Shown here one piece after another: positions 44,309 to 54,893 of a DNA stretch of 64,000 bases (the stretch's first letter is position 1; each line of letters starts with the position of its first letter). A model generated the notes under the pieces. It had not been told where the DNA came from, did not search any database, and was given only the letters and a program-made list of their open reading frames with translations. This stretch comes from Spirochaetia bacterium. Its GTDB lineage: Bacteria; Spirochaetota; Spirochaetia; DSM-2461. The stretch covers positions 1,056,001 to 1,120,000 of the forward strand of contig CAXXIA010000002.1 of assembly GCA_963666985.2 (NCBI GenBank), written 5' to 3'. The position numbers and the translations under genes are program-made.

Positions 44309-44857
44309 GTGGGAATCATCATTATCGGCGGACTGAAACATTGCGGCAAAACGTCTCTGGGGAAAATTCTCTCAAGAGATTTAAGGTGTCCGTTTTTTGA
44401 TTTGGACGATCTTGTCCTCGAAGTAACCGCCGGTGCCTGGAAATCGGTAAGAGCGATCTACCGCGACCTGGGCAGGGAGGAATTCCAGCGCCTGGAAGTG
44501 GAAGCCGTTCGGGATTTCGCGGAGTGGAGGATGCCGAAGCTTGGCGGAGGAACCGCGGTGCTCTCCCTGGGCGGGGGAACCATTGAGAACGGCGAAGCCA
44601 TGGCGTGGCTTTCCGGCCGCGGAACCGCGGTGTATCTGAAGGCCGATGCCGATCTTCTTTTCGAGCGCATCATGAACGGCGGGCGGCCGCCGTTCCTTTC
44701 CGAAGAGAATCCGAAGGAAGACTTTATGGCGCTGTATGAGAAGCGCGACGCTCTTTACAGTCAATTCGCCGATCTCATCCAAGAAGTTGATGATGCCCCG
44801 CAGGAAATCAATGCCCAGCGTTTGCTGGTATCCCTGGAGAAACACCATGCCCGGTAA
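44309..44857 (+). CDS. aroK: Shikimate kinase
   Basis: GLKHCGKTSLG, FFDLD, FQRLE, SLGGG, RPP; overlaps aroC. Confidence 0.88.
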   Translation: MGIIIIGGLKHCGKTSLGKILSRDLRCPFFDLDDLVLEVTAGAWKSVRAIYRDLGREEFQRLEVEAVRDFAEWRMPKLGGGTAVLSLGGGTIENGEAMAWLSGRGTAVYLKADADLLFERIMNGGRPPFLSEENPKEDFMALYEKRDALYSQFADLIQEVDDAPQEINAQRLLVSLEKHHAR

Positions 44858-45914
44858 CTGTTTCGGACGTTTTTTACGAATCACCACCTTTGGAGAATCG
44901 CACGGCGCCGCGGTCGGCGTGGTGATGGACGGACTCCCTCCGGGGCTGATTCTTTCCGAGGCCGACGTTCAGAAGGAAATGGACCGCCGTAAGCCCGGTC
45001 AGTCGGATTTGACGACGCCCCGCGAAGAGGCCGATCAGGTGACTTTTCTCTCCGGCATTTTCGAGGGCAGGACCACGGGAACGCCCCTGGCCATGATGCT
45101 GAAGAACACCAATGTCCGTTCGGACGATTATAACGACATCGCGGCGAAATTTCGTCCCGGCCACGCGGACTTTACCTACCAAAGCAAATACGGTTTTCGC
45201 GACTGGAGAGGCAGCGGGAGGGCGTCCGGAAGGGAAACGGCCGGCCGCGTGGCCGCCGGTGCGGTTGCGCGAAAATGGCTCGGCGAGCACGGTGTTTCCG
45301 TTCTGGCCTGGGTAGCCGAGGCGGCGGGGATTCCCTGTGAAACCTTTGATGCGGACCAGATAGAGAAGAATCCCATGCGGGCCTGCGATTCGAAAGCGGC
45401 GCAGAAAATGGCCGAGAAGGTTCGTGCGTTTCGGGATGCGGGCGACAGCGCCGGAGGCATTATCTCCTGCCGGGTAACCGGTTTGCCGGCGGGACTCGGG
45501 GATCCGGTATTCGATAAGCTCGAAGCGGACCTGGGCAAGGCGGTACTGTCGATTGGGGCGATACGGGGCATCGAATTCGGCGCCGGTTTCGCCGCCGCCG
45601 GAATGAAAGGCAGCGAACACAACGACGGTATGGATTCCGAAGGTTTCCTTTCCAACAACTCAGGGGGCATTATCGGCGGAATCAGCACGGGTGAGGAAAT
45701 CCTCTTCCGCGCGGCCGTAAAGCCCACAAGCTCCATCAGCGTGCCGCAGACAACCAGAGATTTATCGGGCGAAACCGTCGAAATCAGCACCGAAGGCCGC
45801 CATGATCCGATTATCTGTCCGCGCATCGTTCCCGTTGTGGAAGCCATGACCGCCCTGGTACTCATGGACCAATGGCTGGCTCAAAGAGCGCTGCGCGGCA
45901 AAGATCCGCGATAG
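44847..45914 (+). CDS. aroC: Chorismate synthase
   Basis: TTFGESHG, RPGHAD, GRASGRET, NNSGGIIGGISTG, KPTSSI, GRHDP. Confidence 0.96.
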   Translation: MPGNCFGRFLRITTFGESHGAAVGVVMDGLPPGLILSEADVQKEMDRRKPGQSDLTTPREEADQVTFLSGIFEGRTTGTPLAMMLKNTNVRSDDYNDIAAKFRPGHADFTYQSKYGFRDWRGSGRASGRETAGRVAAGAVARKWLGEHGVSVLAWVAEAAGIPCETFDADQIEKNPMRACDSKAAQKMAEKVRAFRDAGDSAGGIISCRVTGLPAGLGDPVFDKLEADLGKAVLSIGAIRGIEFGAGFAAAGMKGSEHNDGMDSEGFLSNNSGGIIGGISTGEEILFRAAVKPTSSISVPQTTRDLSGETVEISTEGRHDPIICPRIVPVVEAMTALVLMDQWLAQRALRGKDPR

Positions 45915-46068
45915 ACGGCTGAAATACACCGCGGCGCTTGTAGCAGGCCTATCGAAAATAACGCGCATTCGGAATTCGCAAAAATAAGGAATCCCTCTTA
46001 TGCCGTATCCTTCTTTTCAAGAAGTAAAGAAGAATTAATCCCATGAGGTCCGCTTCGGCAATTTTTTC

Positions 46069-46114
46069 TTGACAGTCACTTTTTAAGTGGTATTCTGGTT
46101 CTACCAATATACCA
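46069..46114 (+). promoter_or_regulatory. Sigma70 promoter overlapped by a FadR-type GntR operator
   Basis: TTGACA (46069), TGn-TATTCT (46091). Palindrome TGGT-tct-ACCA (46096-46106) is nested in TGGTAT...ATACCA (46088-46114). Confidence 0.75.
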
Positions 46115-46129
46115 GATAAGGAGTTTTAA

Positions 46130-47422
46130 ATGAGTCCTGCCGTTATCACAATCATTATCGTTGCGGCCGCGGTAATTCTTCTGATCAGCGGAAAAATACC
46201 GATTGCCGCCATTGCAATCAGTGTTCCCGTTGCACTCGTTATTACCGGGGTATTAACGCCCCAAGAAGCTTTCGCGAATTTCGCCAATCAATGGCCGCTG
46301 ATTTTCATGTTCATGTTCATGGTCGGTGAATCACTCTTTAGAACAGGATTCGCCGATATTGCCGGACGTGCGGCCATCAACCTTTCCGGAAACAAGGAAA
46401 ACCTTTTCTTGCTCTGGATCATGATTATCTCCATGATTTTATCCGCTTTTCTTTCCAATTTGGGCGTTATCGCCTGCCTGCTGCCGATTGTCATGGCCGG
46501 AGTAAAAAAGGGGAACTATTCTCCGAAGAAGGCTCTGCTTTCCATGGCCTTCGCCTCCTCGCTGGGCGGCACGATTACGCTTATCGGAACGCCTCCGAAC
46601 GGCGTTGTGAACAGTGTTCTGGGTAAAATGGAAACCGGATTAACCCCGTTTAAATTCTTCGATTTCGCATTAGTGGGTTTGCCTCTTGCCGTAATCGGTA
46701 TTGCCGTGCTCTTTTTCGTCAGCCTGAAATTCATGCCGACCGAAGATATCGATACGGAATCGGACGATTACGAAGGGCCGCAATCCGCGGAAAATGTTAC
46801 TTATCGCCAAAATAAGATGTGGATCGCCATAACAGTCTTTATCGTTATTGTTCTTATCATGGCCGCCGGAAGCTATATTCCGTTTATTTCGAAAACACTT
46901 CATTTGGGACTCTTAACCACCGCGGCGCTCGGTGCCGTTATCGTTATCGCAACCGGAACAATATCCTGGAAAGAAGCTTATACTTCCGTTTCCTGGACAA
47001 CGGTGATTTCATTTGCCACATTGCTCTCTCTCAGCACCGCTCTGAAGAAGTCCGGTGCGGTTGAAGTTATCGCGAAAGGCATGACCGGAATCAGTGAAAC
47101 ACCATTCATTCTCATGGCCGTGCTGATTTTCATAACCATGCTGTTAACGCAATTTACGTTCAATACGGCCGCTACGGGAATAATCGCCCCGATCGCGGTT
47201 GGTGCCGCAACATCGCTTGGAGTAAGTCCTTATCCTTTCCTTATGGCCGTGGCCATGTCCGCCAGCGCCTGTTTCATGTCACCTATCGCAACAGGTCCGA
47301 ATATCGCAATCGTCGGACCGGGCCGGTTGAAATTCATCGATTTCGTTAAGTCCGGTTTCATTCTTCAAATCGTCAGTTTCTTCGTGATTCTGCTGTTGTC
47401 GGCATTGATCTGGAAATTCTAA
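46130..47422 (+). CDS. SLC13/DASS-family anion permease
   Basis: SAFLSN, LGGTITLIGTPPN, TQFTFNTA, FMSPIATGPN. Confidence 0.88.
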   Translation: MSPAVITIIIVAAAVILLISGKIPIAAIAISVPVALVITGVLTPQEAFANFANQWPLIFMFMFMVGESLFRTGFADIAGRAAINLSGNKENLFLLWIMIISMILSAFLSNLGVIACLLPIVMAGVKKGNYSPKKALLSMAFASSLGGTITLIGTPPNGVVNSVLGKMETGLTPFKFFDFALVGLPLAVIGIAVLFFVSLKFMPTEDIDTESDDYEGPQSAENVTYRQNKMWIAITVFIVIVLIMAAGSYIPFISKTLHLGLLTTAALGAVIVIATGTISWKEAYTSVSWTTVISFATLLSLSTALKKSGAVEVIAKGMTGISETPFILMAVLIFITMLLTQFTFNTAATGIIAPIAVGAATSLGVSPYPFLMAVAMSASACFMSPIATGPNIAIVGPGRLKFIDFVKSGFILQIVSFFVILLLSALIWKF

Positions 47423-47480
47423 ACGTTATTGATCCGGGGCGAATCCATCCGGGTTGCCCCGCCGAGAAAGGAATGGCAGT

Positions 47481-48365
47481 ATGACAAATCTGAAAGGCGT
47501 TTTTCCGTATCTTATTTCCCCGGTTAACGGTGACGGTTCCGTTAAAAAGGATGTGTTAACAAACCTTGTTCAATATCTTATCGATGCGGGCGTACACGGC
47601 TTAACCCCCCTGGGAAGCACCGGAGAGTTCGCCTATTTAACATGGAAACAGAGGACTGAAATCGTTGAAACGGTCCTGGAGGCGGCTCAAGGACGGGTGC
47701 CGGTCGTCGCAGGGGTTTTTCACGCGGCAAGCCATGAAGCCGCCGAGCAGGCCGCCGCTTTCGAATCCATGGGCGCCGACGGGATTCTGGCCATCATGGA
47801 TACATATTTTCCCTTATCGGAAAAACAAATATATTCCTATTTCAGAACAATATCCGAAGCGGTCTCCTGCCCCGTCGTGATCTATAATAATCCCCGCTTT
47901 CTGAAAACGGACCTCAGTATCGATGTTATTATCGATCTTGCCGAGATACCGAATATTAAATACTTAAAAGACGCTTCGGGGAATACGGGAAAGCTTCTCA
48001 CGATTCTTAACGCCGTCGGCGATAAAATTAAACTCTTCAGTGCTTCAGCCAGCGTTCCATTATTCGTCATGATGCTCGGCGGCGTGGGATGGATGGCCGG
48101 TCCGGCCTGTATCGCGCCGCGTGAAAGCGTGGCCCTCTATGACTTAGCGGAGAAGCATGCATGGGAAGAAGCGCTGTTACTTCAGAAAAAGCTTTGGGAA
48201 ATGAATCGTATTTTCCAGAAGTACAATATGGCCGCCTGTATCAAAGCGTCTCTTGAACTGCAAGGATTTCCCGTTGGAGATCCGATTCCGCCGGTTCTCC
48301 CTCTTACAGAGGAAGAGCGGCATCATATCTCAACGTCACTGGAAAGCTTGAACAATATTCGGTGA
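47481..48365 (+). CDS. DHDPS/NAL-family class I aldolase (substrate unknown)
   Basis: GSTGEF, YNNP, Schiff-base KDASG. Confidence 0.88.
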   Translation: MTNLKGVFPYLISPVNGDGSVKKDVLTNLVQYLIDAGVHGLTPLGSTGEFAYLTWKQRTEIVETVLEAAQGRVPVVAGVFHAASHEAAEQAAAFESMGADGILAIMDTYFPLSEKQIYSYFRTISEAVSCPVVIYNNPRFLKTDLSIDVIIDLAEIPNIKYLKDASGNTGKLLTILNAVGDKIKLFSASASVPLFVMMLGGVGWMAGPACIAPRESVALYDLAEKHAWEEALLLQKKLWEMNRIFQKYNMAACIKASLELQGFPVGDPIPPVLPLTEEERHHISTSLESLNNIR

Positions 48366-48563
48366 TTTATAAATCAGCGATTTAAATGAAATCCTAAAAA
48401 ACGATACGAAGAATATTGACCGCCGGTTGAGGGGGATCGCCGCAAAAGAAGACGTGCGGCGGCCCCTCGCCTCCGACTTCTTCAGGTGAAACAAAATCTC
48501 AATATTGCCGGTCTCCAAATGAATAGGTACTATAGCGGAACTGATGGACCGAAGGAGACGAAG

Positions 48564-49307
48564 TTGTCCCGCAACGAGGCTCAAAATGATATCGGGTTCA
48601 CCGATAAAATAAATCCAATCCATAAAACAAATGTCCACGAGATGATTCTGGAGCAATTGGAAAAGCTTATTCTATCGGGCGATCTCAAACCGGGGGAGAA
48701 ACTCCCGGGGGAAAGATCTCTTTCCGAAAAATTCGGTGCAAGCAGGAATTCGGTTCGGGTGGCTCTCAAACTCCTTGAATTCATGAACCTTCTGGAAGTT
48801 CGGCCGGGATCGGGTGTTTATGTCGCATCTTCGCCCAATGTACGGCAAGCCGCGATAAAATCACATTGGACGGAACTTGTTAAACAGCATCCGCTTATTG
48901 ATCTTATTGAGGCACGCCAATCTCTGGAGCCGGCCGTGGCCGGATTAGCGGCTCAAAATGCAACGGAAGAAGAAATAATTAAAATGGATGCCGAACTGAG
49001 TTCCAATGAAGAGGAATTATCGAAAAAAGGTTTGGCGGCCAAACATGCCTCCCGTTTCCATGAACTCCTTTTCGGCAGCACCCATAACATTATTCTGGAA
49101 CATATCGGAGCGATGCTTCAAAGTCTTGCGGCGGAAAGCAAGAAAGTGTCTCTTTCAAGCAATAAGAACATCCGCCAATCACTCACCGAACACAGAGAAA
49201 TCCTGGAGGCGGTAAAAAACCGTGATTCCGAATTGGCGGCCCATCGGATGAAGGAGCATTTAACCGGCGTTCAGCGGCACTTGCGTGAAGCCGGTTTGGA
49301 AGAATAA
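48564..49307 (+). CDS. GntR/FadR-family transcriptional regulator
   Basis: wHTH LKPGEKLPGERSLSEKFGASRNSVR; FCD domain with FH...HN...EH; SD GAAGGAG before TTG 48564. Confidence 0.92.
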   Translation: MSRNEAQNDIGFTDKINPIHKTNVHEMILEQLEKLILSGDLKPGEKLPGERSLSEKFGASRNSVRVALKLLEFMNLLEVRPGSGVYVASSPNVRQAAIKSHWTELVKQHPLIDLIEARQSLEPAVAGLAAQNATEEEIIKMDAELSSNEEELSKKGLAAKHASRFHELLFGSTHNIILEHIGAMLQSLAAESKKVSLSSNKNIRQSLTEHREILEAVKNRDSELAAHRMKEHLTGVQRHLREAGLEE

Positions 49308-49440
49308 TCGCGCGAACAAAGTCCATGGCTGCTATTTCCCGATAATCCATTAAGCCAAACCTCGGAAAAAGGTTCTCAGCGCATTGGGCGGGAAACGGCC
49401 GCGAGAGAGTCCGCATGAAGATGCGGAAATCAGAAACCGA

Positions 49441-49475
49441 AAAAAAAGGACCGCCGCTCAATGACGACGGTCCTT
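49441..49475 (-). terminator. Intrinsic terminator of the oxidative-stress cluster
   Basis: Minus strand aaggaccgtcg...cggcggtcc followed by a T-run. Confidence 0.7.
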
Positions 49476-49541
49476 GTCCTCCCCTTCTGCAGGGGGTTGG
49501 CTACAGAGCTGAAAGATGGATTAAATACCTTAAAAAAGGTA

Positions 49542-49706
49542 TCAGTCGTCCATCTCCGAGAATTCTGATTTCTCGGCCCCGCAAAGCGGGCAAACCCAGT
49601 CCTCAGGCAAAGCATCAAATGGAGTTCCGGCGGCGATATCGTTATCGGGATCGCCTTCGGCCGGATCATAGATGTAGCCGCATACATCACATACATATTT
49701 CTTCAT
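49542..49706 (-). CDS. rub: Rubredoxin (54 aa; absent from the ORF track)
   Basis: Hand translation [63 protein letters not shown]. Confidence 0.97.
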   Translation of the reverse strand: MKKYVCDVCGYIYDPAEGDPDNDIAAGTPFDALPEDWVCPLCGAEKSEFSEMDD

Positions 49707-49755
49707 TCAGTACCTCCTCGTTTCGCCACCGGTTAAAAATCGGCATTTTCGCCGT

Positions 49756-50247
49756 TTACTGCCGAGTGGAAACCTCTTTATCCAATTGATAGAGTCCGAA
49801 AGTATTATCACCGACCATTTCCAATTTGTCGATAAGCGATTGAACCGATGATTCCTCTTCAACCTGCTCGTCAACGTACCAATGGAGGAAAATCTCCGTT
49901 GCGGGATCATCTTCCTTTCTGGAGAGTTTTACCAAGTCATGAATGCATTTTGTTATAAACTCTTCATGCTTCAGGGCCGCGTTCATGGCATCCAGAGGTG
50001 AGTTCCATTCGGCCTGAGGTTTTTCAAGCGCGGCATAATGCACCCGGGAACCCCTCTCATCCAGAAAACGATGAATTTTTTCGGCGTGTTTCCGCTCTTC
50101 GGCGGCCTGCTTGTCCATCCAAATTCCGAATCCCGAAAGATTTTTGGCGTAGAAATCGGCCGCCATGGACTGGTACAGATAAGCGGAATTGAGTTCCTCA
50201 TTAAACTGCTTATCCAAAGCCGCGGCCATTGCCTCTGAAATACGCAT
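49756..50247 (-). CDS. ftnA: Non-haem ferritin
   Basis: ELNSAYLY, EERKHA, HEEFIT, WYVDEQVEEE ferroxidase ligands. Confidence 0.92.
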   Translation of the reverse strand: MRISEAMAAALDKQFNEELNSAYLYQSMAADFYAKNLSGFGIWMDKQAAEERKHAEKIHRFLDERGSRVHYAALEKPQAEWNSPLDAMNAALKHEEFITKCIHDLVKLSRKEDDPATEIFLHWYVDEQVEEESSVQSLIDKLEMVGDNTFGLYQLDKEVSTRQ

Positions 50248-50249
50248 TT

Positions 50250-50636
50250 CTACAACGCTCCTCTCCACAGTCCGTGGACGTTACAGTACTCACGAGCGGA
50301 AATGGATTTCGCGGCGCAAGTGCAGCAGAAAGTCGCTTTGGGTTCATCGCCGGGCTTCAGTTCTTTGATCATCCGCTTCCCGTCCACGTTCAGCTCAATC
50401 CACTGAATCCAGTGATTTTCAAGCATGGGATGAAGCGTGCTGCCGACAATCACTTCATAACCGCCGTCGACTTTCTTGATAACCGGAACATGCTTTTCCG
50501 TGGAGGAATCCGCGGTCTTTTCATCCATTTTCACCATTTTCTGACCGCAGCATACCAAATCTCCGCCGCCGAAATGCATCATCATGACAACGTTCCCGCA
50601 TTCTTCACATTTGTAGACATCATACATTTTTGCCAT
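50250..50636 (-). CDS. dfx: Desulfoferrodoxin (2Fe superoxide reductase)
   Basis: YKCEECGN...CCG, EKHVP, HPM...HWI, CNVHGLW. Confidence 0.95.
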   Translation of the reverse strand: MAKMYDVYKCEECGNVVMMMHFGGGDLVCCGQKMVKMDEKTADSSTEKHVPVIKKVDGGYEVIVGSTLHPMLENHWIQWIELNVDGKRMIKELKPGDEPKATFCCTCAAKSISAREYCNVHGLWRGAL

Positions 50637-50658
50637 ACCTCTTACCCCCTAACTTAAA

Positions 50659-50673
50659 TAAGAATGATTCCTA
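50659..50673. promoter_or_regulatory. 7-1-7 palindrome, candidate Fur-family (PerR-like) box upstream of dfx
   Basis: TAAGAAT-G-ATTCCTA; near-identical copy at 51391-51405. Confidence 0.55.
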
Positions 50674-50725
50674 ATTCAAGAATATATTATTCTTTTTATA
50701 TTAAAAAGAACAATACGCCAATTCT

Positions 50726-51307
50726 TTACCAGTTCTCTCCGAGAATCTCGAAATAGCTCTGAGGATGAGCGCAGGCCGGGCATTTCATCGGCGGTTTTAT
50801 TCCCTCAAAGATATAACCGCAATTGATACAGCGCCAGACGACGGAAGAATCCTTCTCAAAGACCTTTCCCTCATCAACGTTTTTCTTCAATTCCAGATAG
50901 CGTTTCTCATGCTGCTTCTCGGCGACGGCTATGGCTTCGAACGTCGCGGCTATTTCGGAAAAACCTTCTTCCCTGGCCGTCTTCGCAAAATCCGGATACA
51001 TGGTTGTCCATTCGTAGTTCTCTCCCGCCGCGCCGTGTTCCAGATTCACGCTGGTGGTATCGATGGTTCCGAAGGGAAAGGCGGAGCCTTCAACGATGGT
51101 TGATTCTCCGCCGTCCATGAACTTATAGATCCTTTTGGCATGCTCCTTTTCCTGATCGGCCGTTTCTTCAAAGATTTTGGCGATCTGTACCATGCCTTCA
51201 TCTTTTGCTTTCGACGCATAATAGGTATAGCGGTTGCGGGCCTGGGATTCACCGGCAAAAGCCGTCATTAAGTTCTTCTGAGTCTGAGTTCCTTTAAGAT
51301 CATTCAT
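50726..51307 (-). CDS. rbr: Rubrerythrin
   Basis: [35 protein letters not shown]...CPACAH. Confidence 0.96.
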   Translation of the reverse strand: MNDLKGTQTQKNLMTAFAGESQARNRYTYYASKAKDEGMVQIAKIFEETADQEKEHAKRIYKFMDGGESTIVEGSAFPFGTIDTTSVNLEHGAAGENYEWTTMYPDFAKTAREEGFSEIAATFEAIAVAEKQHEKRYLELKKNVDEGKVFEKDSSVVWRCINCGYIFEGIKPPMKCPACAHPQSYFEILGENW

Positions 51308-51390
51308 CGTCTTTTCCTGTATTAAAAGATTACGAGGGCATTCCCCTCGTAATAATAATAGGGACGGCGGGATGATATTGCAAGGATTAT

Positions 51391-51405
51391 CAGGAATAAT
51401 TCTTG
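51391..51405. promoter_or_regulatory. 7-1-7 palindrome, candidate Fur-family (PerR-like) box upstream of rbr
   Basis: CAGGAAT-A-ATTCTTG in an AT-rich promoter region. Confidence 0.55.
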
Positions 51406-51524
51406 ATTAGACAAAGAGATAATTAGATCCTACTTAAAATATTAGATTATTATAATTTTTATTTTGACGCAAACTCCGCATATCTTTGCATCCGAGCGGA
51501 AGGACCGCCGTTCTCGCCGATCGG

Positions 51525-52926
51525 CTAAACGAAATAAGACGTCATGCTCTTGGCCAGCCGTTTCCTGGAAGCTCGAATTTCATCGGCGTAATCATCCAAA
51601 AGACCGCTCAGCCCCTGACGAAGAGTATCGAATCCGAACTCGGAAGCCCCGACGATGAAATTGTGCTCCGCTATCGCATCTCGGTAATCTTTATCCGTCA
51701 GGATTCTTCGCATCTCAACCAGAATCTCACCGGGAATTTCCAGAAGGCCTTCGGAATCATATCGGTCTCGAATCTCAAGTCCGCGGAAGCCCGCGCCCTG
51801 TATGTCGGTTTTATACACCAAATAGGTTGTGGTAACCACGGGAACGCGGCAGGAGACGGCCTCAAGGAAGGCGTTCCCGAAACCTTCCCATACGGGCAGA
51901 TACGAGGCCAAATCGGCATGCGCCAAAACATCACGCGTTGTATACAGCTTACGGCCGTCCTCGGTTATTTCTCGGGAAGAAGCGACATGATCCGCTATAA
52001 GATGAAGACGAACGCCGAGTTTTTCAGCCAGCGATTCGATTCCGTTTACATAGGTTCCATCCAGCTCATCGCCCTGATAAAGCGATACGATGAAATGAAC
52101 CCGATCGGCCAAATCCGGGTATTCCTCCATGAAACGGCCCACCAGTCTAACCGAATCCTCGATCCGCTTACGCGGAACGATTCGCGTCGGCTGAACAATA
52201 AGCAAATCGTCCGGAGCGAAACCCAAATCGGCGCGAAAGTCGGCATTCCACTCATCTATGGTAACCGGATTATCAAAATCCTCACAATTCGGAATAACCC
52301 GAGGATTCACACGTTTAATCGACTTAAGAATATGGGAGGCATAAGAGGAAATAACCACATGCTCGGTGCCCAAATCCGACGGCGGCATGATTTTATTCAG
52401 AAGTTTCTCGATAAGGTTTTCACTGAAACGGCTGCGTTCCCACCAAAAATCATGATGATGAAAAATGGTGGCTACCCGATGTATGGCGGCCACCCGATAA
52501 ACGGCGATGCCTCCGAGAAGGCTCATGGGCATGGCGTTCGTGTTCTCGGCGATAATAACGTCGATTCGGTTTTCCTGAATAATTTCGTATAAGGAATTGC
52601 CCACATCGGCGCCCACAGTTTCCAATTCCGATTGGATTTCCGCTATTCTCGCTTCGGTGAAATGGGGCGGACGCTTGGACATATAAGGAAACACGAGATT
52701 TTCAAAATACTCTTGTTCCGTTGAATCGAAGCTGATGCTCTTTAACAGAATTTGCCGCTCGGCGGGTACATCTTTCACGGGCTGCCTGTATAAACCGGCC
52801 GATGGTCCAGATCTCGTGCCCCATGCTGGAGAGCACTTCAATCCATTTGTCCACTTCCAGGGAAACACCGTCTACGTCGCCGAGCTTGCCGCTGATGAAA
52901 GCGATTCGAAAAGCATCTTTGTTCAT
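51525..52926 (-). CDS. GT4 glycosyltransferase, MggS (mannosylglucosylglycerate synthase)-like; apparent +1 frameshift at ~52800
   Basis: DGVSLEVDKW, HHHDFWWER, QPTRIVPRKRIE, EGFGNAFLEA. Removing one G joins ...EIWTI to AGLYRQP. Confidence 0.8.
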
Positions 52927-53025
52927 GGAGAAATTATCCGGTCAGCACCATATGGAGTCAAGAACGGCAGCTCCCACGGCAGCGAAACTCTCCCGATTCT
53001 CATGGTATTTCTTACGTGTTCCAAT

Positions 53026-53057
53026 AAAACCGGCCGCCCGAAGGGCGGCCGGAAAAA
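53026..53057 (-). terminator. Intrinsic terminator of the hydrogenase operon
   Basis: ccggccgccc-gaa-gggcggccgg; followed by TTTT on the minus strand. Confidence 0.8.
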
Positions 53058-53128
53058 GGAGTAATAATTAAGAAATTCCGAACCGGCTCCACATATGGAA
53101 ACATGACCGGAATCTTTCAACACTTAAA

Positions 53129-54883
53129 CTATTTCTGATAGAGCGGCCTTGCATGATATTTTGTATGCAGCAAATCATGGCTCTTATGCGACAGCGGCTC
53201 ACCGAGAAACTCTTTGTAAATCTGCTTAATCTCGGGATTCTGATGGGAACAGCGCACAACACTCTTCTCGTCATCGGAATAAATACCCGCCACGCGCTTG
53301 GCCCGCACTTCCTCATCGGTGAAATAAGGCTGACCGCCTCCGCCGATGCATCCGCCTTTGCACGCCATGACTTCGATGAAATGATAAGGCGGTTCTTCAC
53401 CCTTATTTCGGGCTTCCCGCACTTCATTCATAATCGTCCGGACATTGGCCATTCCATGAGCCACGGCCACTTTAAGCGTTACATCGCCTACGGGCACCTC
53501 GCCGACCTTCACACCGTCCATGCCGCGGACGGCGCGAACGTTCACATCTTTTAATTCCTCGCCGGTTACCAAAACATGGGCCGTTCGGATAGCCGCCTCC
53601 ATTACGCCGCCGGTTACACCGAAAATGGTGGCCGCGCCCGAATAGGCTCCGATGGGACTGTCGGCTTTTTCCTCGGGCAAGTTCAGGAAATCGATTCCCG
53701 CGCGTTTAATCAGACGCGCGAGTTCCCGGGTTGTGAGCACCAAGTCCACATCGTTGAATCCCGAGGCCTGCATGTTGTCGTCCCGTCCGATTTCGTATTT
53801 CTTCGCCGTACAGGGCATGATGGCCACCGAGAAGATATCCTTGGGATCCACCTTCGCCTTTTCGGCATAATACGTTTTGGTTATGGCGCCCTGCATCATC
53901 ATCGGACTTTTGGCCGTGGAAAAGTGGGGAATCATATCGTCGAAATACTTTTCCATGTAATCGGTCCATGCGGGACAGCATGAAGTAATCTGCGGCAGCG
54001 GACCGTGGTTTTTATCCGTCAGTCGTGCGACAAGCTCGCTTCCTTCTTCCATGATGGTCAGATCGGCCGAAAAGTTGGTATCGAACACGGCATCCGCACC
54101 AAGCATTCTCAAAGCCGCGTACATTTGTCCGGTCATGACGGTACCGGGCTCCATGCCGAAGGCTTCGCCGATGGCGACGCGGGTGGCCGGAGCAACCTGT
54201 ACCACGACATGCTTGGATTCGTCGCGTATCGCCGCCATGAGCTCTTTGGTTTCGTCCTTTTCGTAAATGGCTCCGACCGGACAATGCGCCGAACACTGAC
54301 CGCACTTAATACAGGGACTTTCACCCAGGAGCGCTCCGCCCGCGGGCTGAATAATGGTTCCGTAACCGCGATGGATGAATTCCAGAGCCCATACGTCCTG
54401 AAGCTGCTGACAAACCAAGGCGCAGCGGCCGCAGTTGATGCATTTGCGGGGATCGAGCACGATGGAGGTGGTGGAAGTGTCGCGGGGGAGGACTTTGAGT
54501 TCCTCGCAGAAAGGCTTCTCACGGATGCAGAAATCCTCGGACAATTCCTGAAGCTCACAGCTTCCGTTTCGAGCGCATGTCAGACATTCGTTGGGGTGGC
54601 TGGACTGAATCAATTCGATAACGGTTCTGCGCACTTCCATGAGTTCGGCATCATGCGTTATGTAGTTCTGCCCTTCGGTCACGGCGGTCGCACAGGCACG
54701 AACCATTTTGGGACTGCCTTCCACCTTCACGACACAGATACCGCAGGCCGCCCATGGTTCAAGATCCGGATGATAGCAGAGAGTGGGGATATTGACATGG
54801 GCCGACTTGGCGGCATTCAGAATACTGGTTCCGGCCTCCACTGCAACAGGCTTTCCGTTTATTTGAATATTCACCATTGACAT
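53129..54883 (-). CDS. hndD: [FeFe]-hydrogenase catalytic subunit (group A, HndD/HydA-like)
   Basis: H-cluster motifs TSCCPAW, MPCTAKKYE, EVMACKGGCIGGGGQP; N-terminal 2Fe-2S, His-ligated and 2x[4Fe-4S] motifs. Confidence 0.94.
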   Translation of the reverse strand: MSMVNIQINGKPVAVEAGTSILNAAKSAHVNIPTLCYHPDLEPWAACGICVVKVEGSPKMVRACATAVTEGQNYITHDAELMEVRRTVIELIQSSHPNECLTCARNGSCELQELSEDFCIREKPFCEELKVLPRDTSTTSIVLDPRKCINCGRCALVCQQLQDVWALEFIHRGYGTIIQPAGGALLGESPCIKCGQCSAHCPVGAIYEKDETKELMAAIRDESKHVVVQVAPATRVAIGEAFGMEPGTVMTGQMYAALRMLGADAVFDTNFSADLTIMEEGSELVARLTDKNHGPLPQITSCCPAWTDYMEKYFDDMIPHFSTAKSPMMMQGAITKTYYAEKAKVDPKDIFSVAIMPCTAKKYEIGRDDNMQASGFNDVDLVLTTRELARLIKRAGIDFLNLPEEKADSPIGAYSGAATIFGVTGGVMEAAIRTAHVLVTGEELKDVNVRAVRGMDGVKVGEVPVGDVTLKVAVAHGMANVRTIMNEVREARNKGEEPPYHFIEVMACKGGCIGGGGQPYFTDEEVRAKRVAGIYSDDEKSVVRCSHQNPEIKQIYKEFLGEPLSHKSHDLLHTKYHARPLYQK

Positions 54884-54893
54884 TCGATTCCTC

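Noticed and set aside
51486..52592. 368-aa plus-strand ORF
   Set aside because: Antisense to the glycosyltransferase, with no motifs.
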